A stretch of 64,000 nt of DNA, taken from an uncultured Actinomycetota bacterium. GTDB taxonomy: Bacteria > Actinomycetota > Acidimicrobiia > Spongiisociales > UBA5794. The DNA lies in NCBI GenBank assembly GCA_963700375.1, contig CAVOXF010000006.1:348021-412020 (forward strand). The letters run 5' to 3'. The notes under the pieces are model-generated. The model did no database searches, was not told the origin of the DNA, and was given only the letters and a program-made list of their open reading frames with translations. Below are positions 49,658 through 59,450 of this stretch, in pieces. The position numbers and the translations under genes were made by a program. How positions within the stretch are numbered: position 1 is the first letter of the stretch; every line of letters starts with the position of its first letter.

Positions 49658-50612
49658 CGCTGCGGTCCTGTTGCACGAGATCAACGAACACGTCTTCGAG
49701 ACTGGCCCTGTTCCGCTTGAATTCCCTTACGACGAGCGAGTCGTCGGCAAGGAGGACTCGCTGGATTTGCGAGTCGGCGGCTTCGGTATCCGAGACCGCG
49801 ATGGTCAGGTGAGCTGAGTCCCCGGTCTCATCGACGGTGACTTCATCTACCCATGACTGTGCGACGAGCGCCGATCTCGCCCGTTCGACGTCGCCCTGCA
49901 CCTCCACCGAGTAGGAGGACTTGGTCTCCCTCTCGAGGATTGTGCCGATGGGGCCTTGAGCGACGATCTCTCCATGATTCAGGATGCACACGGTGTCGCT
50001 CACGCGTTGAACATCGTCGAGGATGTGGGTCGAGTAGAACACGGTCGACGTCGTGCGGAACTGCTCGAGTATCGAGAGTACATCCCGCCGACCGATCGGA
50101 TCGAGCGCGGCTGCGGGTTCATCGAGGATGAGCAGCTCCGGTGCGTGAATCTGTGCCTGCGCGATCCCGAGACGCTGCATCTCCCCGCCCGAAAACGTCT
50201 TGACGGGTCGGTCGCTCTTGTCGTTCAGGCCGACGAGCTCCAACATCTCCGAGACACGGTCGTCGATTCGGCTCGCGGGGCCCGAGAAGAAGAAGCCGGC
50301 CGCGAAGCGCAGCGTCTCTCGGGCCGTCATGTGCTCGTAGAACCTCGGTTCCTGTGGTAGGTATCCGACCCGGGAGCGGATGGCGGGGCTTTCACGCTCG
50401 ATGTCGAGACCGAAGATGGTTCCCGATCCTGCAGTCGGGCGAACCAGGCCGAGGAGCATCTTCATCGTGGTTGTCTTCCCCGCACCGTTCGGGCCGAGGA
50501 AGCCGAAGATTGAGTGGCGCGGCACCACGAGGTCCAGGTTCCTGACCACATCTACATCGTCGTAGGTCTTGGTCAGGTTCTCAGTGCGGACAATCGTCTC
50601 GTCGCGAATCAT
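49650..50612 (-). CDS. ABC transporter ATP-binding protein (ABC-2/DrrA-like)
   Basis: It has a Walker A motif GPNGAGKTT, an LSGGEMQR signature and a Walker B motif. The start is at MIRDETIVRTENL. Confidence 0.85.
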   Translation of the reverse strand: MIRDETIVRTENLTKTYDDVDVVRNLDLVVPRHSIFGFLGPNGAGKTTTMKMLLGLVRPTAGSGTIFGLDIERESPAIRSRVGYLPQEPRFYEHMTARETLRFAAGFFFSGPASRIDDRVSEMLELVGLNDKSDRPVKTFSGGEMQRLGIAQAQIHAPELLILDEPAAALDPIGRRDVLSILEQFRTTSTVFYSTHILDDVQRVSDTVCILNHGEIVAQGPIGTILERETKSSYSVEVQGDVERARSALVAQSWVDEVTVDETGDSAHLTIAVSDTEAADSQIQRVLLADDSLVVREFKRNRASLEDVFVDLVQQDRSDV

Positions 50613-50747
50613 GCCGTCATCCCGTGCGTCCGATCGAGGTCGAGTCCAGAACCTAGCGGAAATGCCCGCGGCGGGACCGACAATATGGCCGACTTCGTGA
50701 GCAGAGTGAACGGTGCCATCAATTGCCGGCGGCGATCCGGTCACGGA

Positions 50748-53700
50748 CTACCGCGTGGCGGCCCGCCTCGTTGCTCCCACGGCTTCGCCGAGCGGTCTCG
50801 CCTTGAGGGCGACCGCTCTTTCTTCCGCCTCGTCCAACAGCCGAGCCGCTTCGGGATCGGCTGCGTCGCGCTGGAGGAGAGCCTGTGCCAGCCGCCACTT
50901 GGCCTTGGCCGCGAGATAGGGCACATCGCTCCAGGCCTCGAGGGCGAGCCGCCAGAGGTCGGGGTCGTTCACCCCGTGTGCGCGTGCGAGGTCAGCAGTC
51001 GCCGTGGCCTCGGCAGCACGAGAGAACGGTGTCGAGACGCCGCCTGCTGCAAAACGACCGTGCCATTCATCGGCCGCCTGGATCCATTCTGACGTGGCAA
51101 TGCCCGACTCGACGCAGTCAGCAACGGTCTCGATCGCAATCGTTGCGAGGTACATCACCTGTCCCCATGCCTCATTCCTGTCGAGCAGCCGGAGACCCTC
51201 CGCTGCGACGCCGTATGCAGCCGACAGGTCTCCATGCCATCTGAGGTCTGAGACGCGACTCGCCCAGTAGGGACCCTGGAGCTGTGCATCCATCTCCTCG
51301 ATCGCCAGAGCTCCCATCCGATCGAGTTCGCGTTGCGTTGCCGCGTCATCACCACGCTCGGCCGCAAGTTCAAGGACACCGAGTGAGAGGTTGATATCGG
51401 CATGCTCCAGGTCCGCAGACTGGGGCATCGCCGCGAGGTGCTGCTGCGATTCATCCCAGCGACCCATTTCGAAGAGGAGACCTGAGGCATTCCCGTGCGG
51501 CATGACTTCCCACAAGTGCCAGCCCACCTCCCGGGCGCGCGCGATGCCCCGCTCGGTGAGTTCGAGAGCCTCCGCAAGCCGGCCGTTCTGACCCAACACC
51601 GACCCTTGGTTGACGAACACGATGAGCTGTTGCCGCAGCACCCCGAGCGTCTGCGAGCGCTCAGCCAGCAGTTTGAAGCAGTGGCTCGATTCGTCGATGT
51701 CCCCAAGACTGCCGGTCGCCGTCACCAGCGCGACGAGGGCTTGGAGTTCGGCCTTCTCGCTCCCCGTCTCCTTCGACAGCGCCAGCGCCTCCCGAGCGGT
51801 TTCGATCGCCTCGGAGTACTGGGCATTCAGCATGAGTCCCGCGGCCGTGCGCGCGAGGATCTCCGCATGGGACCGATTCGGCGGTTCCTTGGGTACAAGG
51901 CGCAGGGCTTCGTCGGCCATCTCGCGCGATTGCACCTGCCGACCCTGGAGCCACACCTGCTGGCTCATCGCGTTGATCAACAGAGCTCGTGTTCGATCAT
52001 CGAGATCCTTTCGGGCCAGCTCGGTAGAGATTCGGTCGGTCGCCGCCTCCGGGTATCCGCCGACGGCACCCTGCACTTCGACGAGTCGGCTCACGAGGTC
52101 GGCATGGTCCGCCCCTGCCGTGCGTTCCGGATCATCGAGGTCGTCCCAGAGGTCAAGGGCAAGTTCCATATAGCCAATCGCGTCTGAATCAGCGAACGCT
52201 GCCTCTGCGGCGTCGGCTGCGGCCATGGAGCACTCGAGCGCCTTGTCGGGCCGCTCGGCGTGGAGCCAGTGCTTCAACAGGCCGGCCGGTGGCGCGTTCC
52301 GCCGTTCGAGAGCCTCACCGACGGCCCGGTGCAGGCGAGTACGACGCCTGATTGCGAGTCCGTCGTACAGTGTCTGACGAACGAGCGCATGGGCGAATGC
52401 GAACTCATCGGCACCGTCACCTTCGACGACGACCCTGGCATTGACCGCCGCATCGACAACAGCATCAACCGAACGCTCATCGAGACCCGCGATTGACCCT
52501 GCCACATCGATCGAGAAGGTCGGTCCAATCACCGCCGCCACTTCGAGTGTGGATACCGCGTCTGCGCCGAGCCGATCGACCCGTGGGCCGATGACCTCGC
52601 ACAACCCTTCCGCAATGCCGTAGTCATCGATGGCCGTGTCGGAGTTCCACTGACCGTTGGCATCGACGGCGCCCTCATCCTGAAGGTGGCTCGCGATCTC
52701 TTCAATGAAGAACGGGTTGCCCTGCGTGTCCTCTGCGATCGACTCGACGACGTCCGCCCCTGCCACGGCGCCGAAACGGGCAGACACCATCTCGTGAACC
52801 TCACCGTCGGTCAACCGCTGGAGAGGAATCCGGATGATGCGGTGCTCTTGGCGGAGGTCCGTGAGGAGGCTGGGAAGAGGGTGGCTCCGAACGAGATCCG
52901 TGTCGCGGTATGTACCGATCAGGAGTGCGGTGAGCTCATCCTTGCGGGCCAGGTGGGCCAGCACCGCGACGGTGTGTTCATCGGCCCAGTGAAGATCGTC
53001 GAGCACGACCACGGTCGGTGGCTCATCTTCTTCTGACGCAAGGAGAGCGGCAAACGCCTCGGCCATCAGGTACTGCGTAGTGTCGAGGTCGGTCTGGATC
53101 GGCACCGGCAGCCCCTTGGGCACCTCGATACCGGGCACCAACTGTGCGATGTTGCCCGCAGCCGGACCAACGCCCTGCAAGAGGCGCGGTCGCGCCCCAA
53201 GCACTGAGCGGGCGACCTCGAGGAATGGCTGATAGGGAGTCGCCGCGTCCGGAGTGCACCGACCGGCAACGACGACGGCTCCCCGATCGGCGGCTGTCCG
53301 ACACCAGGCCGAGGTCAGCGCTGTCTTGCCCAACCCGGGCTCTCCGATGACAGCGGCGAACTGCACCGATTCGTTGGTTGCGGCATGGGCATCATCGAGT
53401 TGCTCGAGCGGCGCCTCGAGACCGATGAGGCTTGTCGGAATGGCACGACTGAGAAGAACAGGGAATGGAACAGCGGTGCGATCCTTCGTGCTTGCTTCCC
53501 GCGGTGTGTCGGATATCGACCAAAGCTCGATCGCATCGTCGACGCCCTTGACGTGCTGCGCGCCGATCGACGTGTATCCGAAGTGAGCTCTCCGACCAAT
53601 CAGGGACCGGACCGTGTCGGCAATGAGGAATTACCCTGCATCAGCCGCGTCGCAGACCCTCGAGGCCACAGCCACCGGAAGACCGATGACATCGCCGTCT

Positions 53701-54020
53701 TCCTTGGCGACTTCGTCGGCGTTGATCCCGATCCGTACGCCGATCCGGCGAGCCTCTTCGGCCTGGCTGCTGTAGAGGGCGATCCCTTCCTGGATGCCCT
53801 GGGCCGCTACCACGGCATCCACCGACGAGTCAAAGACGGCGAGGGCACCGTCGCCGAGATTCTTGATGAGCCGACCACCAGTCGGCAGCAGGGCGTCGCC
53901 AATGATCCGGTCGTGTTCTGCGCCAATCGCGTCGGCGACATCATCTCCGAGTCGCTCCCGGAGGCGCGTTGAACCGACAAGATCCGTGAACAGAACCGTC
54001 GCCAATCCACTCGTCGCCAT
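50748..54020 (-). CDS. Class III adenylate/guanylate cyclase - AAA/STAND ATPase - TPR regulator, interrupted by one in-frame TAA at 53631-53633
   Basis: The cyclase domain (VLFTDLVGST...IKNLGDG...GINADEV) is at 53631..54020. The same reading frame continues after the TAA as FLIADTVRSLIGRRAHF...LKGV..., then a P-loop AVIGEPGLGKTAL, a VVVLDDLHWAD motif and about 500 aa of TPR-like helices (50748..53366). Confidence 0.75.
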
Positions 54021-54141
54021 GAATCTGAACCTATCAGTGCCGCACCCGGTACCCCCCGGACAAGTCGAGGCGTTCCCCGTTCCTCGCCGATGCGGCCGAT
54101 CTCACAGCGCACGCATCCTGCGAGGGTATCCTCCGGCGCCA

Positions 54142-54192
54142 CGCCCTCGTAGCTCAGGGGATAGAGCACCGGTTTCCTAAACCGTTGTTGGG
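54142..54192 (+). pseudogene. tRNA-Arg (anticodon CCU) 5' fragment: acceptor 5' strand, D-arm, anticodon arm and variable region only
   Basis: The fragment GCCCTCGTAGCTCAGGGGATAGAGCACCGGTTTCCTAAACCGT matches the actinobacterial tRNA-Arg(CCT) 5' two-thirds. No T-arm or 3' acceptor strand follows. The antisense ORF translates as the classic tRNA artefact LYPLSYEG. Confidence 0.5.
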
Positions 54193-54653
54193 GGTCTTTC
54201 CCGCCAAGGAAGAACGGCTGGAAGCCTTGCTGTGCTTGCGTTTTCGCCTCTCATCCTCTCGCATCATTTCTCGCGTTTTCACTCCCGTTGCGGCCCAGGT
54301 GCGGCCCAAACGCGGCCCAGAGCTTCCGCACTCGAAACGAGCAGCGGCAAGTGTCCGTCGAGGAGTTTCAACGAGTATCGACACAGAACCGGCGCGGGGA
54401 ACCCGAGCAGCAGCGTCGGCCATGGTTGGCCAGCGACTTGGAGGCAGGATTCCGGGCCAGCGTTGGAGCTCGGAGCCGAATCAGGCCAATCTCCTGACCA
54501 GATCTTCATGGCGAACCACAACGCCATCCCTCCACCTTCATCGCGAGGAGTCACGTTCACGGGTGTGGTGTATGGGGGGTTCCGTTCTGAGGGTGCTTCC
54601 TGTTGGGTGATCACCGCGTCAGGCGCACAGTTGTACGTGCCAAGTGACCGTGA

Positions 54654-54863
54654 GGAGAACGCGGTGTGTGGCGCTTCGACCGGGGTGACCGAGCTACCAG
54701 CCGGCAAACGGTTCGCCGCTATCGGCGGGATCTACCCGGCGAGCTGACCGACGCGTATGCCGGATTCATCCACTTCCACGATCACCACCGAGTCCACCGA
54801 GTACTCGGATGGGCCACCCCCACCAGCCTCATCCAGGACAACCTCCCCGTAGAGCACATCTAG
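54654..54863 (+). mobile_element. Remnant of an IS481/IS3-type (rve) transposase C-terminus inside a lower-GC, non-coding-looking stretch (about 54190-54860)
   Basis: The tail ...DLPGELTDAYAGFIHFHDHHRVHRVLGWATPTSLIQ matches the integrase-core C-terminal motif (YNxxRxHxxLGxxTPxx). Stops lie directly upstream in the same frame. No intact DDE domain was found. Confidence 0.45.
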
Positions 54864-56809
54864 GCGCTCTTGATCCTCGTACCGTTCATCACGCGCCGTG
54901 ATCGGATCAGTTCGGCGACGGACCACGCTTGGAACGGGCATCCTGTTGCCTGGTGAGGCACGGTTCCTTCGGCCGTCTCCGATACGGACCCGAGGCCGTA
55001 CTCGGTGAGGTGCAATTCGAGGCCATCGAGAAGCCCCCCAAGGTCGCCGCCGGCGCGGTCGACCGCGTCGGTGAACGGGCCGATCATCCACGGCCACACG
55101 GTCCCTTGGTGGTAGGCGGCGTCGCGTTCGGCGGGGCCTCCGCGGTGGCGGCCCTGATACGCCGGGTCACGAGGAGAGAGCGAACGCAAGCCTATGGACG
55201 TCAACAGGTCAGCGCGGCACGCAGCCACGATTCGGGCCGCTTGCGCAGGGTCGTCGATGGGTCCATACGGAAGCGAGACCGCGAGGAGTTGGTTCGGCCG
55301 GAGTTCCATCGAGACTGCGCCGGAGGGGTCGATCCGATCCGCGAGACCGAGCCCGTTGACGGGGAAGGTTCGTCTGAACGACGCCACGGCCCGCTGTCGC
55401 AGGGCCTCCCACTCGCCGGCGTCGAGTCCGACCCGGGTCAGCAGATCGACCGCTGTCCCAAGCCCGTTGATCCACAGCGCCTCTACCTCGACCGGATACC
55501 CGGCCCGCGATGTCACCGGTCGGCCGTCGATACGGGCGTCCATCCATGTCAGCGCCCAGCCGTCCGCACCGCCCCGCAACAGTCCGGTCTTCTCGTCGAC
55601 GCCGATACCGAAACGAGTTCCAGCTCGGTGTGATGTCAGCACGCTCACGACGGTGTCGGCCAGGTCGGCGGCGAGATCGAGATCGCCGGTGACGGTGACG
55701 TGCCGTCCGAGGGCGTGGAGGAACCACAGGGTTCCGTCGATGGTGTTGTACTCCAGGGTTCCGACGTCGGCGGTATTGGCGAGCATGCCTTCCGATACGG
55801 TGTCGGCCGCCCGAGCGAGGACCGACCGGCCCTCTGCGGCCCGACCGGTGCACAGGAAGAGGCCCTCGTACGATGTGAACAGGTCGCGGGACCATTCCCC
55901 GAACCAGGGGTAGCCGGCGACGGCTCCGCGTCCGCCGGGTGTCTCGACGATGAATTGGTCAGCCGCCACGGCGAGGATGCGGTCGATGTCGTCCCGCGCA
56001 CCGGCCTGCACGGCGAGTGCGGCGCTGCGCGTCCGCGCTGCGGCGATGATCGCCGCAGCGTCAGTCGGCGCGGCGCCGAGATCGGTCGTCGCCGTGACTC
56101 CCATCACGTCGCCGGCCTTGAGGTCCGCGTGGAAGGTACCGGCCGCCCAGAGGTCCTCGGTGGCGCCCAGTCCTCTGGCCGCCTCCTCACGATGGAATTC
56201 GCCGCGGTACCACGATCCGCCGGGCACATAGCCAGGTCCGTCCACGCGATAGCGATCCTCGAACACGAAGCCGGACGCCGTCGGCTCGATGTCCGGGTCG
56301 GCCGCGGCGAACCGGTCCCCGTGCTGGTCACGCCAAGTGCATAGGGGCGTTACCTCCAGTCGAGCCTCACCGGTAGTGACCCGGTGGACAATCGCGACGG
56401 TGGCCGTTCCGTGCGCCATGGCCACCTCGACTTCGATCTGGACCGACCCGAGGTCATAGCGCCAACGCGGTACCCCGTCGTCCAGGTCGAATCCAGCCAG
56501 GTACTCGTCTCCGCGAGGGTCGACGGAGTTGGCCCATTCGTGGGTGGCCAGACGGATCCGATGGTCGCCGATCACCACGACCGCGTCCAACGCGGCGAGG
56601 CCGAGCATCCGTGAGGCACCGGCCGGTGCCGTGGCCGCGATCAGCAGCCCGTGATACCTTCTCGTGCGCATTCCTGCCACGGTGCCTGCGGCGTAGCCCC
56701 CCAACCCGTCGGCCACCAGCCATTCGCGCGTGTCGCGGCTTCGTCGAGGGAGCCGCAGACGCCGCGACCGAACGCGATGCGGACTCCCGGCATCATCGGG
56801 TCCAATCAC
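54860..56809 (-). CDS. Glycogen debranching enzyme-like protein (GDE_N + amylo-alpha-1,6-glucosidase GDE_C)
   Basis: It has an N-terminal GDE_N-like region and a C-terminal (alpha/alpha)6 region with YHQGTVWPW. Confidence 0.75.
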   Translation of the reverse strand: MIGPDDAGSPHRVRSRRLRLPRRSRDTREWLVADGLGGYAAGTVAGMRTRRYHGLLIAATAPAGASRMLGLAALDAVVVIGDHRIRLATHEWANSVDPRGDEYLAGFDLDDGVPRWRYDLGSVQIEVEVAMAHGTATVAIVHRVTTGEARLEVTPLCTWRDQHGDRFAAADPDIEPTASGFVFEDRYRVDGPGYVPGGSWYRGEFHREEAARGLGATEDLWAAGTFHADLKAGDVMGVTATTDLGAAPTDAAAIIAAARTRSAALAVQAGARDDIDRILAVAADQFIVETPGGRGAVAGYPWFGEWSRDLFTSYEGLFLCTGRAAEGRSVLARAADTVSEGMLANTADVGTLEYNTIDGTLWFLHALGRHVTVTGDLDLAADLADTVVSVLTSHRAGTRFGIGVDEKTGLLRGGADGWALTWMDARIDGRPVTSRAGYPVEVEALWINGLGTAVDLLTRVGLDAGEWEALRQRAVASFRRTFPVNGLGLADRIDPSGAVSMELRPNQLLAVSLPYGPIDDPAQAARIVAACRADLLTSIGLRSLSPRDPAYQGRHRGGPAERDAAYHQGTVWPWMIGPFTDAVDRAGGDLGGLLDGLELHLTEYGLGSVSETAEGTVPHQATGCPFQAWSVAELIRSRRVMNGTRIKSA

Positions 56810-59450
56810 CTGCGTAGGGATCTGGGCGACAGATAAGGTCGGCTACCAACCCGGTCCAGCCGGTCTGGTGTGTGGCCCCGAGCCCGGCGCCGTCATCCCC
56901 GTGGAAGTACTCGTTGAACACGATGTTGTCCCTCCACCGCGGGTCGTTCTGCAGCTTGTCGACCCATCCGTGGCACGGCCGACGACCGTCGGGTCCGCGG
57001 AGGAACAACGAGATGAGCCGGCGCCGGAGGGCCTCTGCAGCCTCATCGAGCGTCGCCATCTGGCCGCTGCCGGTCGGGTATTCGAGGGTGACGTCCCTTC
57101 CGAGGGAGCGAGCGGAGTTCTGCAGGCCGCGGAGCACGAGAAAGTTGACGGGCATCCACACGGGCCCGCGCCAGTTGGAGTTGCCGCCAAACATCCCCGT
57201 CGTCGACTCGGCAGGCTCGTAGTCAACGGAGACGACCGACCCGCCGAGCTCAACCCGCACCGGGTGGTCCTGGTGGTATTTGGACAAAGCGCGCAACCCG
57301 TAGGGAGAGAGAAACTCGGCCTCGTCGAACACCCGGCCGAGGACCCGGACTCCGTCTCCCGGGGGAATGACCCCAAGGGCGATTCTGTCCCCGTCGGCGT
57401 CGGCAATCACCCGTCCGCGTGTCCCGGCGAGCGCCTCGACGTCGAGACGTCCGCGAGTCGAGGCGAAGCGCTTGTTCAGGGTTCCCAGCGATCCCAGGGC
57501 TTCGGGACCGAGCACGGCGGTCGCCATGAGTGGCAGTACGCCAACGATCGATCGAACCTTGATGGGCACCCCTGCGCCGTCGGCGGAGCGGAATACGTCG
57601 TAGTAGAAGCCATCCTCCGCATCCCACAGGCCCGACGCCCGCATGGCGTCGACGATCAGGACGTAGTGCGCTACGAACTTCACTTCGATGTCCGTCCATG
57701 CGTCGTCTTCCTCGGCAAGGACTCTGGCCATTTCCAGGAGGTTGAGCGCGTAGAACGCCATCCATGTGGTTCCGTCCACTTGCTCGAGGGTCCCCCCGGG
57801 GGGGAGGTTGGACCGGTCGATGGCACTGATGTTGTCCAATCCGAGGAAGCCGCCGGAGAAGACGTTGTTGCCGTCCGGGTCGACGCGGTTGACCCACCAG
57901 GTGAAGTTCAGCAGCAGCTTCGGCAGCAGGCGTGCAAGGAAGGTTCGATCGCGCCGACCGTCGATATCCCACACGTGCAGTGCGGCCCAGGCGTGCACCG
58001 GCGGGTTCACGTCACCGAACGCCCATTCGTACGCCGGCAGTGCCCCATTGGGGTGTTGGAACCATTCCCGGCACAGCGCCAGCAGCTGGTACTTGGCGAA
58101 TGCAGGATCGAGATGTGCCAGGGCGATCGTATGGAAGGCCAGGTCCCAGGCGGCGAACCACGGGTATTCCCAGGGGTCGGGCATCGACAAGATGTCTCTG
58201 GCGTCCATGTGCGTCCACCCGGCATTTCGGCCACGTCGACGTTCCGGCGGCGGTTGCGGCTGGGTCGGGTCGCCGTCCAGCCAGCGTTTCAGGTCGTAGT
58301 AGTAGAACTGCTTTCCCCAGATCATGCCCGCGAATGCTTGACGCGCAACGAGGTGCTCGTCGTCGTTGGCCGTCACCGGGATGACCTCGTCGTAGAACTC
58401 GTCTGCCTCCGTGCGTCGCGCCGCGAGGACCTTGTCGAACGGCTTGCCGAACGCCGGTTTCGTGGACGGTGGACGCAGGCGGACGCGCACGACCTGGGTC
58501 TCTCCCGGCGCAACGGACAGCTGATACCAGGCGGCGCACTTGGTCCCCTTGCGATCGGGATTCACCGTCGGTGCGCCGTCCACGACGTGGTCGTTGATGC
58601 CGTCCTTCGCGTACGCGGGTGAATCCTCGGAACCGTACAACCGTTCCAGATTGGTGTCGTTGTCGCAGAACAGCAGATCCGGCGACGAACCATCCGGCGC
58701 GACATCGAGATCCCAAAAGAGATCGCCGAATACGGGATGCTCCACGGTGACACGGTCGGGCTTGGCTGTCTGCAACACCGGGCGGTCCGCCTCGGCTGCC
58801 CATGACCAGGTGTTGCGGAACCACACGTGAGGAAGCACATGCAGCGTTGCCTGGTCCGGGCCGGCGTTTGTGACGCTGATCTCCATGAGCACGTCGTGCG
58901 GATCGGCCTTGGCAAATGCCACGTCGACCACCCAGTACCGGTCGTCATCGAACACGCCGGTATCCATCAACTCGTATTCGGGCTGGCTCTGGTCACGCCG
59001 ACCGTTCTCTGCCACCAGCTCGCCGTACGGAAACTCGGCCTGGGGGTAGTGGTAGCGCCACCGCAACCACGAGTGGCTGGGGAGCGCGTCGAGGTACCAC
59101 CAGTATTCCTTGACGTCCTCGCCGTGGTTCCCTTGCGGACCGGTGAGGCCGAACATGCGTTCCTTGAGGATCGGGTCGCGACCATTCCACAGGGCGAGGG
59201 CCATGCAGAGGTTCTGGTGCACGTCGCTGATGCCGGCCATGCCGTCTTCGCCCCAGCGGAAGGCACGGGATCGGGCGTGATCGTGAGGGAAGAAGTCCCA
59301 TGCCGTACCGTCGCGGCTGTAGTCCTCCCGCACGGTCCCCCAGGAACGCTCGGATAGGTAGGGCCCCCAGTGGTACCAGGGCGTCGACTCGGCCAAACCG
59401 TCCTCGGGATGGCCGAAGGACTCGACTCGCTTGCGTTCGGCACCGCTCAT
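56793..59450 (-). CDS. GH63-family glycoside hydrolase (processing alpha-glucosidase / mannosylglycerate-hydrolase-like)
   Basis: It is about 885 aa with GH63 (alpha/alpha)6 catalytic-domain signatures (WGKQFYYYD, GGFLGLDNI, GPVWMPVNFL). An ATG at 59450 overlaps the gluconolactonase stop with ATGA. Confidence 0.7.
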   Translation of the reverse strand: MSGAERKRVESFGHPEDGLAESTPWYHWGPYLSERSWGTVREDYSRDGTAWDFFPHDHARSRAFRWGEDGMAGISDVHQNLCMALALWNGRDPILKERMFGLTGPQGNHGEDVKEYWWYLDALPSHSWLRWRYHYPQAEFPYGELVAENGRRDQSQPEYELMDTGVFDDDRYWVVDVAFAKADPHDVLMEISVTNAGPDQATLHVLPHVWFRNTWSWAAEADRPVLQTAKPDRVTVEHPVFGDLFWDLDVAPDGSSPDLLFCDNDTNLERLYGSEDSPAYAKDGINDHVVDGAPTVNPDRKGTKCAAWYQLSVAPGETQVVRVRLRPPSTKPAFGKPFDKVLAARRTEADEFYDEVIPVTANDDEHLVARQAFAGMIWGKQFYYYDLKRWLDGDPTQPQPPPERRRGRNAGWTHMDARDILSMPDPWEYPWFAAWDLAFHTIALAHLDPAFAKYQLLALCREWFQHPNGALPAYEWAFGDVNPPVHAWAALHVWDIDGRRDRTFLARLLPKLLLNFTWWVNRVDPDGNNVFSGGFLGLDNISAIDRSNLPPGGTLEQVDGTTWMAFYALNLLEMARVLAEEDDAWTDIEVKFVAHYVLIVDAMRASGLWDAEDGFYYDVFRSADGAGVPIKVRSIVGVLPLMATAVLGPEALGSLGTLNKRFASTRGRLDVEALAGTRGRVIADADGDRIALGVIPPGDGVRVLGRVFDEAEFLSPYGLRALSKYHQDHPVRVELGGSVVSVDYEPAESTTGMFGGNSNWRGPVWMPVNFLVLRGLQNSARSLGRDVTLEYPTGSGQMATLDEAAEALRRRLISLFLRGPDGRRPCHGWVDKLQNDPRWRDNIVFNEYFHGDDGAGLGATHQTGWTGLVADLICRPDPYAGDWTR

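Noticed and set aside
54142-54215. Calling an intact tRNA-Arg at this position
   Set aside because: After the variable region there is no T-stem/T-loop (GGGGGTCTTTCCCGCC cannot form one) and no 3' acceptor strand complementary to GCCCTCG.
54232-54747. A 171-aa ORF, and overlapping ORFs 54185..54610 and 54279..54707, in the lower-GC stretch
   Set aside because: The translations are not protein-like and the frames have stops. The region is interpreted as a decayed mobile-element remnant.
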